DNA of 57,402 nucleotides, filler included, from Sphacelaria rigidula (lineage: Eukaryota), in assembly GCA_964200075.2 (NCBI GenBank). It is 4 parts of 4 records of this genome, joined end to end, with 100 filler letters (N's around TTAATTAATTAA, not from the genome) between each part and the next. Parts side by side here need not be neighbours in the genome. Positions count along the whole stretch, not along the records: positions 28,754 to 43,028 come from CAXNAA020002342.1; positions 43,129 to 57,402 come from CAXNAA020002343.1; 2 more parts are not named here. One strand, 5' to 3'. Positions 35,560-49,189 of this stretch are shown piece after piece; position 1 is the stretch's first letter, and each line of letters starts with the position of its first letter. Made by a program: the position numbers and the translations under genes. The notes beneath the pieces were generated by a model. The model saw only the letters and a program-made list of their open reading frames with translations, was not told the DNA's origin and searched no databases.

Positions 35560-37090
35560 TACTCATTACGTTTCGGTGGTCCTCGATAGGCGCAGGAGAA
35601 CTCTAGCGGTAATATATCAAACAATCTCTTACTCTACAGTATCGGCAGCATTCGGAAACATCTTGGGCAGCCTGCGTCCACGATTTCACTTTTATGCCGA
35701 AATAGGAGCAGTATCCCGTGGCACTGTGTTGTAAGCGTCTCGCTGGTCGGCCTGCCGCCGTCGCTCCTCCCGACCATTAATCCACGCGTGACGATGTTGG
35801 GGAGGCGTTCGTCGTGAATGAGCACGACTTGGTCGGCGTGTAGGAGGATTCGCCTCATCACGGTAGCCAGTTATTTCAAGGACCCCGCGGCATGGCAGCA
35901 CGTGGTAGTCGGGAGCACTGCGGCTTGCGGTATGCGTGTTGAGGCACCTCAGCAGGAACCCGCGGTGGGCTTCCCGCAACGTGTCGTCCCTGTTGGGCGC
36001 GATCATCCAGGTCTCACAGCCATATGACACGAACTCGATCACTTCTGCCTTCAGGAGACGAACCTTGGCGGCCAGGGCGATGTACGGGTTGCCGTATACC
36101 GCTCTGCTCTACTTGTAGAAGCCCCTCCAGTCCCGGCAATGCGGCCGTGGACCTCAGGAATGGCATCGCTGGTGCTGCTGATTTTACCACGTAGATAGAT
36201 GAAGAACTCAATTTGCTTGTAATTTTAGCCTGCCGCTTCCATGTCGACGCATCCGTCTGCATTCTTGGGGAGCACATGTGCACTGTTACCGTCTTCTTTT
36301 CCGCCACACGACGAGACCGAATGCCGCGCAGACTTCGACGACGGCCGTCATCGACGATGCCAGCCTTGGTTGGCATCCCGAGACGATACCAGCATGGTCG
36401 ACGTATAGCATGGCCCAAAGTACTTTGCCAAGTCTGTCCTTGGCCCTCCCGCCCCTTTCAGCGATGCGAATGAAGCCCTCTGCCACTGTCTTTTTTTGTT
36501 GTCAAGAAGTCGTCGAAAGTCACCATGAGCACCGCCGGTAAGATGCTGAACAAACCGGGGGAAAGCACACAGCCACGGCGGAGGACCTGAGGTAACGTCA
36601 AATCACTCAGGCGTCTCGCCGCTGTCAAGGCTACGCACGTCCGCATACCGTCGTGGAACTGGTGGATAATGGATATCACCTTGGTGGGGACGCCGTATCG
36701 TGCTAGCACCTTCCAGAGAAGAGCGTGGTCGACTGGGTCGCACGTAATCTGGAGGTCGATGAAGCACATGTATAGTGAAAGGTTCTTCTCGCTGGCCAGT
36801 TATCGGAGTCCGCTCACAACGTGCGTCGTATCAATTGTCGATCGACTGGGTCGGAAACCGCGTTGAGCTTCTGGGAGGATACCCTTCCACTCAAAGTAGG
36901 CGCTGAGGCGAGTCGCAACTGACTTCGGAACCATCTTACCCGCGTGGGATCCTAGCGAAAGATCACGGTAGTTGCCGCATTCTTGCGGGTCCTGTTTGTT
37001 GACAGCACCTTGATGACAGCGTCTTTCCATTTCTGCGGTGCTATTTCCTGACGCCACACTGTGAGCACGATGTGGAGGTATTCAGTGCAG
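35560..37090 (-). mobile_element. Degenerate RTE-clade non-LTR retrotransposon (reverse transcriptase region)
   Basis: Frameshifted RT motifs in order: KWKDAVIKVL, CGNYRDLSL, ILPEAQRGFRPSRSTID, MCFIDL...DPVDHALLWKVLARYGVP, LRRGCVLSPGLFSI, MLYVDH (YADD position), YGCETW. Confidence 0.88.
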
Positions 37091-37104
37091 CAGATTCCTC
37101 GGTG

Positions 37105-37410
37105 AGGGGGTATACTCATGATCTTGCATGCCGCAGTCATATGACCATTGATCTCATATCCCTACAAAACCGGAACGGAGCACGCCGGGTTCGCCGGACC
37201 AGGCTCGCACTCAAACCACCAAGCGCGAAGCGCCGTGCTCGGCGAGTCGCATGAAGTGCTAAGATTGTTCGGCCTCGAACGGTACTGATGATCTTGCATT
37301 TGGATGACAGCCTACGATGAGCTGCTCCATTTTCTGGTATCGCAACGTTCAGAGACAGCCATGGGTTTCACACTGCCTCCTGGATGTCTCACCATTTAAA
37401 CACTACGTAG
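37105..37410 (-). mobile_element. Family 'S' short element (a further fragment lies at ~37612-37660)
   Basis: Same body. 5' end GTAGTGTTTAAATGGTGAGACATCC; 3' tail GGGATATGAGATCAATGGTCATATGACT...ATGAGTATACCCCC. Confidence 0.75.
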
Positions 37411-37674
37411 TATGATCATCGCTCTTTGCGCGGAGTCGAGGCTCTCCCATCCCGCACAATATGATCTAGCTCGATCGTCATCATGGTTACCGCAAAACAA
37501 AGACGCAAGCGCGCAAAACGAAACATCGGTAACGTGGTTGCCCAGCTTACGCAGTGAGTAGAGGGGTTTCCAGCGTCATCGCCAACCGACGCCAACCCAA
37601 TAGGGGCTCCGTCCCTACAAAGCCGGGACGGAGCACGCCGGGTTTTTACCGGACGAGGCTAACCCGAAGATCTC

Positions 37675-40600
37675 TGACAAATAGTATATGGCCGTGCGTT
37701 GTCTGATTAGAGAGTGCCTAAGCACAGATGAGACTCAGGAGTGAGTTGCTGTACGCGAGTGAAAAGGTGGGCCAGCGCACAGGTGGCGAAACCGTGCAAG
37801 TCTATATTCACACACACGAAACTGTCAACATCCGCACGTCAGCCTGTTCCTCCCGCATCTACGGAGATCCCACTGACTGTAGCTGTCCATAGAACACTCC
37901 CCGCCCCCCTGATCTGGTGCATCAGTGACACTCTCCAACGATTGAGGGGGAAACTTGACCTTCCGGGTAAAATCCGCATCTCCTTAAATTCCAACGCTTG
38001 AACTCAAATGTAACCGCTGCCTTTGTAGACGTCGGTGAGGGTAGACGTACGCCATACCGAGAACGCCCTACGATGTCCCTCAAAGTAGCGTATGTGACTT
38101 AGCCCAACTTAAGAATATCATAATTTCGTGAACCAAGACTTTGAGCGCCTAGAGCCAGACACCAATAGACGCACAACCGAGAAAAAACGCATGTATCTAC
38201 TTGTCATCCTCCAAATTCACGAAGGCGGGTCGGTGTCTCTTGAACAAGAAGACCGGGAGATCTCGTCAGGATATCAGCATGCTGCCATCGTAAATCTATG
38301 TGCATGATATCGACATTTTCCACCCTCACCAAGTCTTGAAAGAAGAGCAACTTCGCGTCTGTGTTCGCCAAAGGTAGAGCTGAGGCTTTTTCAGGCAAGG
38401 CCTTGTTCCCCCGTTTGTCCTCGTGAAGATCTATGTCGTAATCCTTCGCACACCCCGACACAGCTCTTGGTCCTGTCGCAGTTTAGGAGCCCCCCTTGGT
38501 CTTATTATGCAAACCTTTCATCGAGTCGGCCTGACCACATCGTACATGGCTCTGTACTATCGGCCAGAGCGGGGTGGTCTCCCTCCTCCCGAGGGAGATT
38601 AACAAAGCTTCTCCTCCTGAGCGAGGTGATCCTGGGTCTGCCTGCATGCAAGGAAGCTACCACCCCATCGCGGGTCCTTGGCGTGGTGTTCGGTTCCGCA
38701 TGGGGGTGTCAGGTTCCAGATGGGGCTGTCCGCAGTAGCACAGGGGTGTCCCGTGCCAGAGGGGGTTATTCCCGACCCGAAAAAGTGTCCCTAAACCACG
38801 GGGGCCCCTAAACTGCGACAGGTCCTAAAAAACACTGAACCGCCTTTGCAAGCATGCCTTCGTTATATTTCACACATCAGTACCGTACGGGCGGTCTACA
38901 ACCGTCTCTTTACCCGTTACTAGCTCCAAGTCTGCAGAAGGTGAAAGTAGGGATATCCGGGAAGCCTGCCACCTCGAAGCGCTTCAACAGTGTGTCTTTG
39001 AACGTGGCAGCACCATAGAGAGTGCGCCCCTTCCCCGATCTCTGTCTATAGCACATTCCATGTACCATTTATACTCACCAAGGGTGTAGGGGAAAGTTTC
39101 AGCAAGTTTTTATTCGCCACATCTACCTTCTCCTTTTCCCCACCGATTGGGATGTAGTCTTCCTGCACGACTGGATCTACTTGCACACATCCAGCTTATT
39201 CCGTTTTGAATACGCAGGGGTCAGCTTTACTCTGCTCCATCCCAACACCCACCAACAACGTCTTACAAAAGAGGCGTGGACGTTGCCTGCCAGCCTGCTT
39301 TACGCCATGAATCAATTTGTCAAGCTTCACAGTTTTCCCATGTCGAAGTATCGCAACCCTTCGGTAGCTTCATGTACACGACAGTGTCCATGTCGGCTCG
39401 CAGGGTGGCTTGTGCCACATCGAACTGGTACAACGGCCAAACTTCTTGTACCGACATTGCCATGTACATTTTTGTCAACGCCATAGATAGTGTTACAGCA
39501 AAGGTCCCGAAGTAAACAGTCTATTGCAACACGCTGTCCGTAACCACGCGCTACGAGGTCGAGCCTTCGCCTTGGTCGCTAGATTCTGGGCGTCGGCCTG
39601 CCAGCCGGACACTCATTTCGCTATGATTACGTTTACTCCTCCCGGTATTGTACCAGTCGAGAAAGTTCCTGCTTTCTCGTGGCCATTGAAATTCGGCAGG
39701 CATAACACTGACCCACGCTTTGGTAGTCTGACTTCGCTACGTCATCAGAGGACACAAGGACACTTTGCACATCACTGACATACGTTCTAGTTGGAGAACC
39801 CATCCACCTGAACTCGAGTTGCCCGCCAGTTTTCTGTGTTGTCGTCGCTGGTAAAAGCTGGGAGACCATTTTCCGCTAGTTCTTCCTCGATCGCTATGGT
39901 GGTTTCTGGCACCGTTTGCGGGCCCGTCGCCCCTTTGGTATTCTCCGTTGCCTTGCACTTGTCTTTAGCCAGCCCCTTGAGCACAAACGTTGCATACGTG
40001 ATCATCAATTGAAGTCCAACTTCTTCATCTGTGGACATCGGCCCCATGGCGTTCCGCATTTGTGGTGATAACTCGTCTGCCCACGCGAGACAGCGCCGAG
40101 CGGTCCACGGGAGTTGAGGAGCGTCAGTGATCCCCCCCACCATTTTTCTCTGGAAGTGACGTTACCAGGAAATGAAGCAACTCATCGCAGGCCGTCATCC
40201 AAATTCAAGATCATCAGTTCGCTTCGGGCCGAACAATCGTAGCAGGATGCAGATCACCCTTCGTGCGAAATCGCCGAGGAAACACATCACGGCGCTTCGC
40301 GCTTGGTAATTGATTGCGAGCCTTGTCCGGGGGAAACCCGGCGTCCTCCCTCCCGGCTTTGTAGGGATGCGAGGTCAATGGTATAATTATGGCATTCAAG
40401 ATGAGTACACCATTTTCCTCAGAGGGGTCTGTGAACGAGGATAACTAATGGTGCTGGCGACGACAGTGCAGATGATGGCGACATCGACGTCGCGAGTGGA
40501 GGTCCGGCGACTCGGATGCAGACAAAGGGTGTGGCGGCGTAGACGACGCTGCAGCTGATGCTGATTCGCTATCTTTCCTATTGCTGATCGGGTTTTGAAA

Positions 40601-42780
40601 GGGGTTCTGTGGCGTCACTCTGCCTTCTCCGCCCCCCCAAGGGTATGGTGAAGCCGTTCTGCCAACCCCGCTACCGACGGGTTTTTGCGGTGTTGCTCCG
40701 TTCCCTCCCCTCGCCAGGGAACGGAAAGGTCGACGTCCTTTGAGAACCGCGAAGCACAGCGCCCACCGCTGGCGTCCCCTCCACCAGCTTGCTCTTGCCC
40801 GGCCCTTCATCGACCTTGGAATCGTCCGCCTTACCCGACGCCTGGATCGCTTGCTGTTTCGTGGGGGACGAGGTAGAAAAGACGTGTGCCCACGTTACAT
40901 GTCTCGTCACGATTATCTGCCCTGAGTTGGTCAGTACCCGCATAGCATCACGTGGGCACCCTGGAGTTGGGCTCATGCTGCCGGCACCTCTGCGTCTTCG
41001 GTTGTAGCTTGTTAGTCTTCCTCACCCTGCAAAATTTCAGGAACGGAATGAAGCTATGGTCCGGTAGTGACCCGTGCCATATTTCATGCGGTGACTTGTT
41101 GCCAGGATTAGCCAAAGTCGCGGTACAATTCACTGGATGGCATGCCCAGTGCACTTGTTCAGTCCCAAATTGTCACGAGCGATGATATTGCCATTTGGGT
41201 ACATTTCAGACGCCTGAATTCTGGCCGCAAGGCTCACTGTCTCGATGATGCCTACCGCCAAACCGTTGAACTGCGGAGAGTCCACGGTTGTCTTCTCCTG
41301 ATTGTTTTTCTCTGCCATACAGATCAGCAAACGCACCCTCCAAAACTTCACCCCCTCCATCACTTCGATCCCTCTCTACCTTGCGGGGAGCGGTTTCTAC
41401 GAGGTACTTCGTGTAATAGTGTTCGGCCTTACCCTGTGAGCGAAGGAAATACAGTGTAGTGTACCGAGAGCATTTCTCACGAAGTATTATCAGGTATCAC
41501 CAGAGACCCATGATAGCGGTTTTTGGTCCTGCAAGATTTACGAACACTCTGGGCGCTCGCTTAGTTTTGTGTGTAGATCTTGGAATAGGCCGTCGGGGTC
41601 CTTCCGCCTCCGCATACCCCTTGCACGGCCCCAGCTTCCCCTGCAGTTGCACTCTGAATTGCCCCGTCGTTACGCGCAGGGGGTTGCCGTGTGTGTGGGG
41701 ATGAAAACAGTTGATGTCAACGATTTGGGGGGTCAGGTAGAGCCCTCGGGGGTTATCACAGCATACACAGATGCGCACTTGTCCTTACTGGTGGGGTCAA
41801 TGCGATAGGTGTCATGTTTCGGGACTTGGTTCTAATCGGGCATAGCCAGTGTGTTGTCTGGCATTAGATCTACCTTAAACCCTCTACAAGAATCGAAACT
41901 GGTATTGCGTGCGTTTGAGATTCGCTTTGGCGACAAAAGGTGGTGATGGAAACCTACTACGTGGTCTACATCTTCACATGAACCACTCATACATTCTGCT
42001 CGTCAGGTGTTGAAGCCAGGCTCAAATCACCTCTCCCAACGACTGGGTAAAAGAACTACCGCCCGCACACCGTAGTATCCTGTCCCCGCATTCTCGATAA
42101 CCCGTCATGTTACTTGAATCAGGCGAAAAAATCTGGCTCACTCGAAATCCTGGGAGGAGCGGAGTGCCTTCCTACTTCTTCCTTCTCTGTCAGCTTCTGC
42201 ACCGGGTCATCGCGAACTCCAACTTCAACACTGTCAAACTTGTTCATCAGAGCCAGACTAGCCCCATTAGGTTTCGCACTGTATGATGCCTCCAATTCAG
42301 GCTATTCTGAACCACGAGAAGCGGCCCTGGATAGAAAATCTGTATGCTTCTTGCTGTCGAGGCTTACAAACAGCATTTCTCTTGCTCTCACGTGTGCTGC
42401 CACGTCCTTCCCATGCCCTGCCTCCAGGAGCCTCAATGACAATTCCGTACTTCCGACTTTCACGTCATACGAACTGCTTTTTGCCATTTTGAGTACCCAG
42501 CCACTGCCTCCCCCCTTGTAAAACTAATTAATTTGTGCTTCTATCAGATTCTGAGCTGTCTCCAGATTATCTTGGCACACATGGTCAGAAAACGGGCACA
42601 CCGAGAACATGATGTTCACTAAAACTGTAAAAGGCGACTAACTCGCGTTCGGCTCCCAAGCTCCTTGCTCTATTGTCTCCTGCCCTGTGGTCTCCCGCAG
42701 ATGGGGCTTCTTCTTGGCTCAGGTCTGATGTCCTTCCGTGGATCTACTTAATGTTAGGCAGTTGTATTCCTCTGAACCCC
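37675..42780 (-). mobile_element. Degenerate Ty1/Copia LTR retrotransposon; candidate 3' LTR 37896-37675; 5' LTR absent
   Basis: Minus-strand domain order: protease-region remnant (~42300), pre-integrase (HPHTHG...CKGY, RVFVNLAGPK ~41500-41700), integrase (SPQFNG, NKSPHEIWHG ~41000-41300), RT (KLDKLIHGVKQAGR ~39300), RNase H (QDLVRVENVDIMHIDLRWQHADILT ~38260-38340). Polypurine tract AGGGGGGCGGGGAG lies directly before TG at 37896. Many stops and frameshifts; LTR limits are tentative. Confidence 0.85.
40145..40402 (+). mobile_element. Family 'S' short element nested in the Copia element
   Basis: CACGGCGCTTCGCGCTTGG...TTTGTAGGGATGCGAGGTCAATGGT...GATGAGTACACC. Confidence 0.75.
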
Positions 42781-42787
42781 TCCCGCT

Positions 42788-43028
42788 AGGTCAATGGTCG
42801 TACGACTAAGGCAAGCAACAAATGAGTACGCCCCATAGAGATAAAAACATATTTGTATGGCCCAATGGACGCTGCGAAAAATATGAAACTGCGATTTCGG
42901 GTGGGGGATCTAGACCCGCCAGAGAGAAGGAAGAGATATACCAGTCGTCGAAAGGACTAGGAAGAGGATGGACAGAACCGCCTCTGTGGCAAAGCAATAG
43001 AGAGCAGAAGTCATATAGTGGCAGAATG
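42788..43028 (+). mobile_element. LINE family 'L' tail followed immediately by another 5'-truncated 'L' copy
   Basis: GGTCAATGGTCGTACGACTAAGGCAAGCAACAAATGAGTACGCCCC then ATAGAGATAAAAACATATTTG...GCGATTTCGGGTGGGGGA, homologous to 54320-54500. Confidence 0.75.
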
Positions 43029-43128
43029 NNNNNNNNNNNNNNNNNNNNNNNNNNNNNNNNNNNNNNNNNNNNTTAATTAATTAANNNNNNNNNNNNNNNN
43101 NNNNNNNNNNNNNNNNNNNNNNNNNNNN
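43029..43128. other. Artificial contig linker
   Basis: N44-TTAATTAATTAA-N44. Confidence 0.98.
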
Positions 43129-45757
43129 ATTCCCCAACCCCCCCCCCCTGAATTAGTGCAACAATGAAGTCGCAATGTTTGTCTCCTTCCCCCCCCTTTC
43201 CCCCCCCCCCCCCCCCCCTCTTCTCCAAAGCTCCCAAACCGACAAATTTCAAAAAATTCACTTTCGAGGCCACGGTGCCTTGATTCCAGATGACGGGGAC
43301 CTAGCCCTTGAGTCGCAAAGAGCCTAGGTATTTGTATTTAGTGGAGGGGTAGTCGTATTAAAACAAACATACAGTAAACGAAGTTGGTTCTTTGGCATTC
43401 GCGTACATTGACTGCAAGGGACTTTGCAACCGTAAGGTTAAATCCATCCGACCCAAGCCAAGCACACCGTACTCGAGTATGACAACAGCAACGGCTGGAG
43501 CTACAGTATATGATTTAATTTAGCCAGGAGCAGTTGGGTTTTCAGATTTATGTGTGGGTGCGTTGGGTGGACGGCACATTGTTGCATGCATGCGCCCCTG
43601 CCGTTGCTACGTTCATGTTGCCCTTCGTGCAAGCAGCTTGTTTGCGCAGCAATTAATAATGTTTTAGGACTATTCTTGGGATGTTGTATGGCCGTGACCA
43701 ATCGCGAGGGGAACGCACCCAAGCAAACCTGATTTTGAGGAGGCCGATCCTTCTGTCACGACACTTTAACATGTAATATACGGCTGGTCGAGTTTGAAGC
43801 TTCGTTTCGGGGGGCGATTTGAACTACCGAGCAGTCTCGCCTGGGCAACCACATGCGTAGAATTAGTTGGCCACATTGTGGAAATCATAAGATTTGCGCA
43901 AACACTCCTTGTAACTTTCGTCTTCGGGGATGGTATCCGTGCCACGTTGTTGCTCGTTCACCTTGCTGTTTGAGATAGAATTGCCGGATAGACCCATCGC
44001 TTAGATTGAAACCGCACAGCTGTGTTTTGATTTACTGGCTTCCGCCTTCGGATACAAGTACAATACCCAGAACATAAAAGCTAGCACAAGGACTATACTG
44101 TTTCGCACTATGCTGTCTTGTTTTGTTGCAAAGACGTCGCTTTGTGTCATACTTTCTGCACTGCCACGATAACGTTCAGTGAGGATAGTGCATGCTGTCT
44201 GTACTGTTGACAGATCTTGCCTGTTAAAATGAGAAGAGGGTGACTTAGACCACAGCAGACCACTACGAGACGGTTTTGTACTGGCTACACCACTGTAAAT
44301 TACACCGACCAACATCATGCGCGGGTAAAACTGCCCGTCTTTCGCACCTGTTGGGGTTGCTTTTCCACCGCGCCTGCACGCTCAGCAGGAGGACTCTCTT
44401 GCCACAGTCTATCCTGGTCCAGCAAGTTCAAACGAGAACCCATACCCTGGGCGCTATCCATCGCTCAAACTTTCAAGGCTCACCGATACTGCAAGCTGGA
44501 GACAGCTTCGTTCAACTTTGTGTATCCCCCACTACAGCTAGCTCTGGGTTGAAGATGACTGTCCCATTGACCGATAAACCTAGCACTTGCATGGTACTGC
44601 CTCACGGACACCTCATCCTCAGTCGAACACTGGGATTCTTACATGCCACACGCCAGCGCGATCATCAGAGGCATACTGAAACGGAACTCAAAGATGACTA
44701 GAGGGCGAGAGAAAAGGTGCCCGCCGTGTTCAAGCTTACGCGATTTTGGTGTCATGCTCCATGGCGGGGGAACACGAGACTGAATTGTCAAAGCGGGACA
44801 GGGCTCGGTACATCGCCAGCTAGCTACACCTTTGGTGCCATGATCTGCGACCAGAATTCACTGCCTGTGCCGAGAAATCGAGCAAGGGAATCAGGACGAT
44901 GCTCAACGGGATCGGATAGAACCGACAAGCGCGAAATCACGAGAAAACGCCGGTTGCGACCATCTACCAGCCCGCATTTCGAAGTCTCGCACAGCACACA
45001 GGAAGCAGGACAGACCGGCAATGCGAGCAGCCGAAGCGATTACTTCGTATCTTCCCCAGATTCGGTGGCAGGCAGTGCTGCTAGCTTTGACTGGGGGTCG
45101 GCTTTCACGCAGAGTGCAGTTGACGCATTCAGAGCTTGTCCCAACTTTGAGCGTGAGGGCGTGAGGCACTTATGTCGGCAACTCTGCTATCTTCGCGCGT
45201 ACGAGGTATTCGCGTTTCTACAGCTACGATTGTACTGCACTCCATGATACATGCACAGCTAGTACTGCGTACGTTATACAGTCATTTGGCTCCTGTACTT
45301 TAAACCACAAGACTTCTCTTGTTAGCCCAGCACAGTAGTACCGACATTCAGTATAACACCCGCGGGTGGTCACTCTTGAGGTCCGATAACTTGTCACCCC
45401 CCTGCGTGAGTTAGGGGTGGTATTCAAGGTATCATGATGCAGTTTTGTCCGGTACTGCCTGTGGGGGATGTCTGTACGTGTACAGTAAAATACGGCGCAA
45501 ATCGCCCGTGCGTATTGTACCACATAAACTCTTGGATAATACCCCCAGATGATGGCTTTTCACCTGTAGAGGCGCTCGAATCAACGCGCTTTCGTTGTCA
45601 AAAATCTGCGCCTGAAACGTGACTGATGTTATGTACACTCGACTGGAAGATTCAGATCTCGACAGGGCTTACGCGCTCGTTCTCCCCGGTGTGTGCGCAG
45701 ATGGCGTTTTTACTGAAATCAGTGTCGTGTTAGCTCTCCCTGTTCACCCCTTACCTG

Positions 45758-45820
45758 GAACACCCTGTGCAGTCCTCGAACACCCTTCTGCAGTCCTCGA
45801 ACACCCCTGTGCAATCCTCG
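45758..45820 (+). repeat. Three ~21-bp tandem units
   Basis: GAACACCC(T/C)...TGCA(G/A)TCCTC three times. Confidence 0.8.
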
Positions 45821-46016
45821 TTCCCACGAGTTCTTCAGGTCGGTCGCCTCGGGTGTGGGTTGCGCGTAATGTTCAACAAAAACAAATGTGTATCCAAGGT
45901 GGGTTTTTGCAGGCGAACCTGCAAGAACCTGCCTCAGTGTCCGGCTAATTTTGCCACCGTACCAGTACTAACATTACTAAATCGGTGTGCGTTGCTTATA
46001 GCTTCCCCCTCCCTTC

Positions 46017-46110
46017 AACAGAATGTGCGGGAAGTGCTATGTTGCTAGACGGGGAAATATCGATATATTTCGATAATTTACAAGGAGTTGCACAAGGATG
46101 TACATTGTCC
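46017..46110 (+). mobile_element. Isolated non-LTR RT fragment
   Basis: TECAGSAMLLDGEISIYFDNLQGVAQGCTLS, the GVxQGxxLSP motif of LINE reverse transcriptases. Confidence 0.7.
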
Positions 46111-49100
46111 GCGTTACGCCGGGGGGTTTTTTATATACATATAGTCTTTCAGACGCCTCCGCCGTGCCTCCGCGATAAACGGTGAAGAACGGTGGATGAT
46201 GGCAAATATCCCGATTTCGCAAGGACAGTCCGCACCTGCTGTGCATGCAGCAGTGGCCCAGACAGCGTCGCCCAGGCGGAAGGATCTCACGTTTGGACGA
46301 TCAAGGTGTGTTGATACATGGATAGGCAACTTCTCTCGCAAATTGTAACGGAAACAGTGCTGTATGCAACGAGTTAGGGCAGACTCCGTCACTCGGGGTG
46401 AATACCACCCCCCCCTCTGAAATCTGACTTACGGTGTCATGGGAGAGCACGGCGCTCGCGTAATACCGGTGGGAGAGACACAGAGGAATGTCTTACCATG
46501 TAGACGAAGCAAACTTCACATTTCAAAAGGATTCACTTAAATCCATCGGTGTCACAAAATAAACGGCTCGACCGAAATTTGAAAAGTTTAAATTTTGCTC
46601 CACACCAGAACATTTGCAGTGAAATACAATGCAGCACAGAGTGTAGTACAGTCTGTGAAGTGTAGTGCTCGGGTAAAAACAGCGCCGACTGCAAGAAGAA
46701 ACAAAATGAACAGTACTACTGTAGTGCGTATATCACGGCCATGTCCGAACCATCAACATTCACTATGCGCAACATGTGGCCGTGGGTGATGTGAAATCAT
46801 GTTGGTTAGGTAGTCCGTAAAGGTATCAATCCCACCTGGTGCCTTGTTTTTCGCAACGATTGCATGTTGAGAACCTGCATCCGGGTTCCATCTACCCCCT
46901 ACGTGGAGTGAGATCATCCGAGTGTACGTCGACATAGAGTTCGAGTTGTGAAGTTGAACGGTACGATAATCGCATGAGCGACCATGAGACACGATGGCGC
47001 GGCACACAGAACTCTGATCTCATTGGATGGTGCCGCATGATGACCGCACGATTGAAGACACTTGGGATCAAAGTAAATGACGCACGACCCTACACACGTC
47101 CACTCCCCGGTATTTCGCTAACCGCAGATGTGGAAGATCCCGAAGAGTCACAGTTGGGGCGCAACATCTGGAGTAATTCTGCGACGCCGGGACAGACCGA
47201 ATGTGAGATTCGGCACCGCAATCGATCTCGAGGTAATAGCACCACAATACTCCACACCACAACATTCCTGATACACTCATGTCGCGCGAAATAAAACTGC
47301 TGCAGATCCTACGCACCTTACTGTTTTCCCCGTGTTCCCGCTGATGATTGTAAGTTTTGAACAAAATTGCGGTTGCCTACCTGTGGGGATAACATTCATT
47401 CACACGAAACCCCCGACTCTTGCAATCGCAAAAACAAAAAGACCACACAGTTGACACGTTGTGCCCATCTATCGTTGTACCGTCTCGTCCGGACAGGTAG
47501 TGTAGTGCCTGACCCACTCCCGTCGACATCCATTCCGAGAAATGCCGCATCCGCGGTTGAAAGCAGATCTCCACTCACGCACTCTGAACGTACAGCATCG
47601 GTGAAAAATGTTAGGGACATCGCCGGGGGTTACGCCGACGAATGGGGCTCAGCGCTAAAGTGGCTGAGCCTCCTTTTTTACGGAAAAGACACGGCGACGG
47701 TACTGTTCAGTGCCTCGGAGGCGTCCATCGCGTCCGCTGATGGCGCATCTGTAGAAAATCAGGGGTCGGAGGGATGAGGGCGTGCGTTAAGGTGGGATAG
47801 AGAAGTCGAGAAAATAGACAATTTTAAATGTCGATCGGGCGGGGAAAGCGCGACTTGTGAAATCTCGATTACTTGGGCGCCGGAAAACAATACACAGGAG
47901 GTATCGCCATGGAATCCGCTGACAGTACCATTCGACGAAGTGGGTAACACCCCGCGCAAAAGCAGAAGAGTTGATGACGGTAGACTCGTGGAGGTTCAGA
48001 ATTCAACTCCGTCAACCAAGGCGAAGAAAAGACGTACCCCGCCCAACTCCGGCAGAGGCACACACCCGCATGCTCACGCACGTACACCGAGACGGAAGAG
48101 GACCGCGACGAATCATCCGGAGGTTGACAGCGTGTGGGAGCATGGCATGAACAGCAGAGGGTTGCGTTGCAGCACAGAAACGGGGTAAAGGAAGCTCAGG
48201 AGTTCGCAACACACTCTCCCGAAGAAGCACCGACATTTGCATCCCTATGCAACGCAGGGTTAAGTCCTCCTCGAGGGTCTCCGGGAGGATTTTCCACGCC
48301 GTCGGGACACCGTAACAAGCGACGAGGCTCACCATGAACCTCGCAACCAACTCCTGCAGGCGCGTCAGCGTCAAAATCGAAGCGTAAGAAGAAAAGGGCT
48401 ACATACGCTGCCACCCGTGGGATCGACCCCGACCGGGTGGGAGGTGTCGGCAGCTCATCCCTGGGGGTTCGGAACAAGAGCAGGTAGAGCCAGCGCCAAC
48501 GAACGGGGATACCAGCGAGGTGATGAGGCATCCCGACCACCAGACACCATTCCCCGGCACTGATGGTAGTGAGCATCGCGCGCGCGTTGGAAGAGGGAGG
48601 ATGTCGACGCGACGCAATAGTTCTCAAGGTCCCCCCCGGAATCGTGCAAGCTACACGAGGGAGCATGCCGCGTCGGCAGGGTCTAGTCCGGTTTGTGGTA
48701 TGAGGGAGCGTAGAGGACCTTAGCAAGTTCACAGTCGCGATATGTGTGGCATCCAGTTCCCCGTCGTTGACGACGGGTGCAACACGTGCTCATCTCGCGG
48801 TTAGATACACGACCCGAGATCACGACTGTGCTTCGCCTGCCATCGACCAGGGCCCGACGAACGCAATGCCTGGCGTCATCTTGACCCGGCACGATCACCT
48901 GAGGCTCGGCTGTTTCTGGAGTCGTGCGGATGGTGATGGTGTACGAACGGTTGCGCTTCTGCAAAACTACCAACCGACTGCAGATAGCTTATGCAGCCGG
49001 TATGATTGTTTGTTGCGCTCCCTTGACCAACACAGGGTCACGAGTGATGGGCGGAAGGCAAATTCTCCATCTCCGCTTTGCTGCACACCCGCGACCGTTG

Positions 49101-49189
49101 GTTTAACCCCCCCCCCCCCCTACCCCTTCCGAGCCGGACTGTGTTGCAGAAGTACACCATTAAGTAACTGCGCCCGTTGAAGCGGGGCG

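Noticed and set aside
43129-45700. ORFs 44276-44701 and 44717-45247
   Set aside because: No motif or exon chain I can support.
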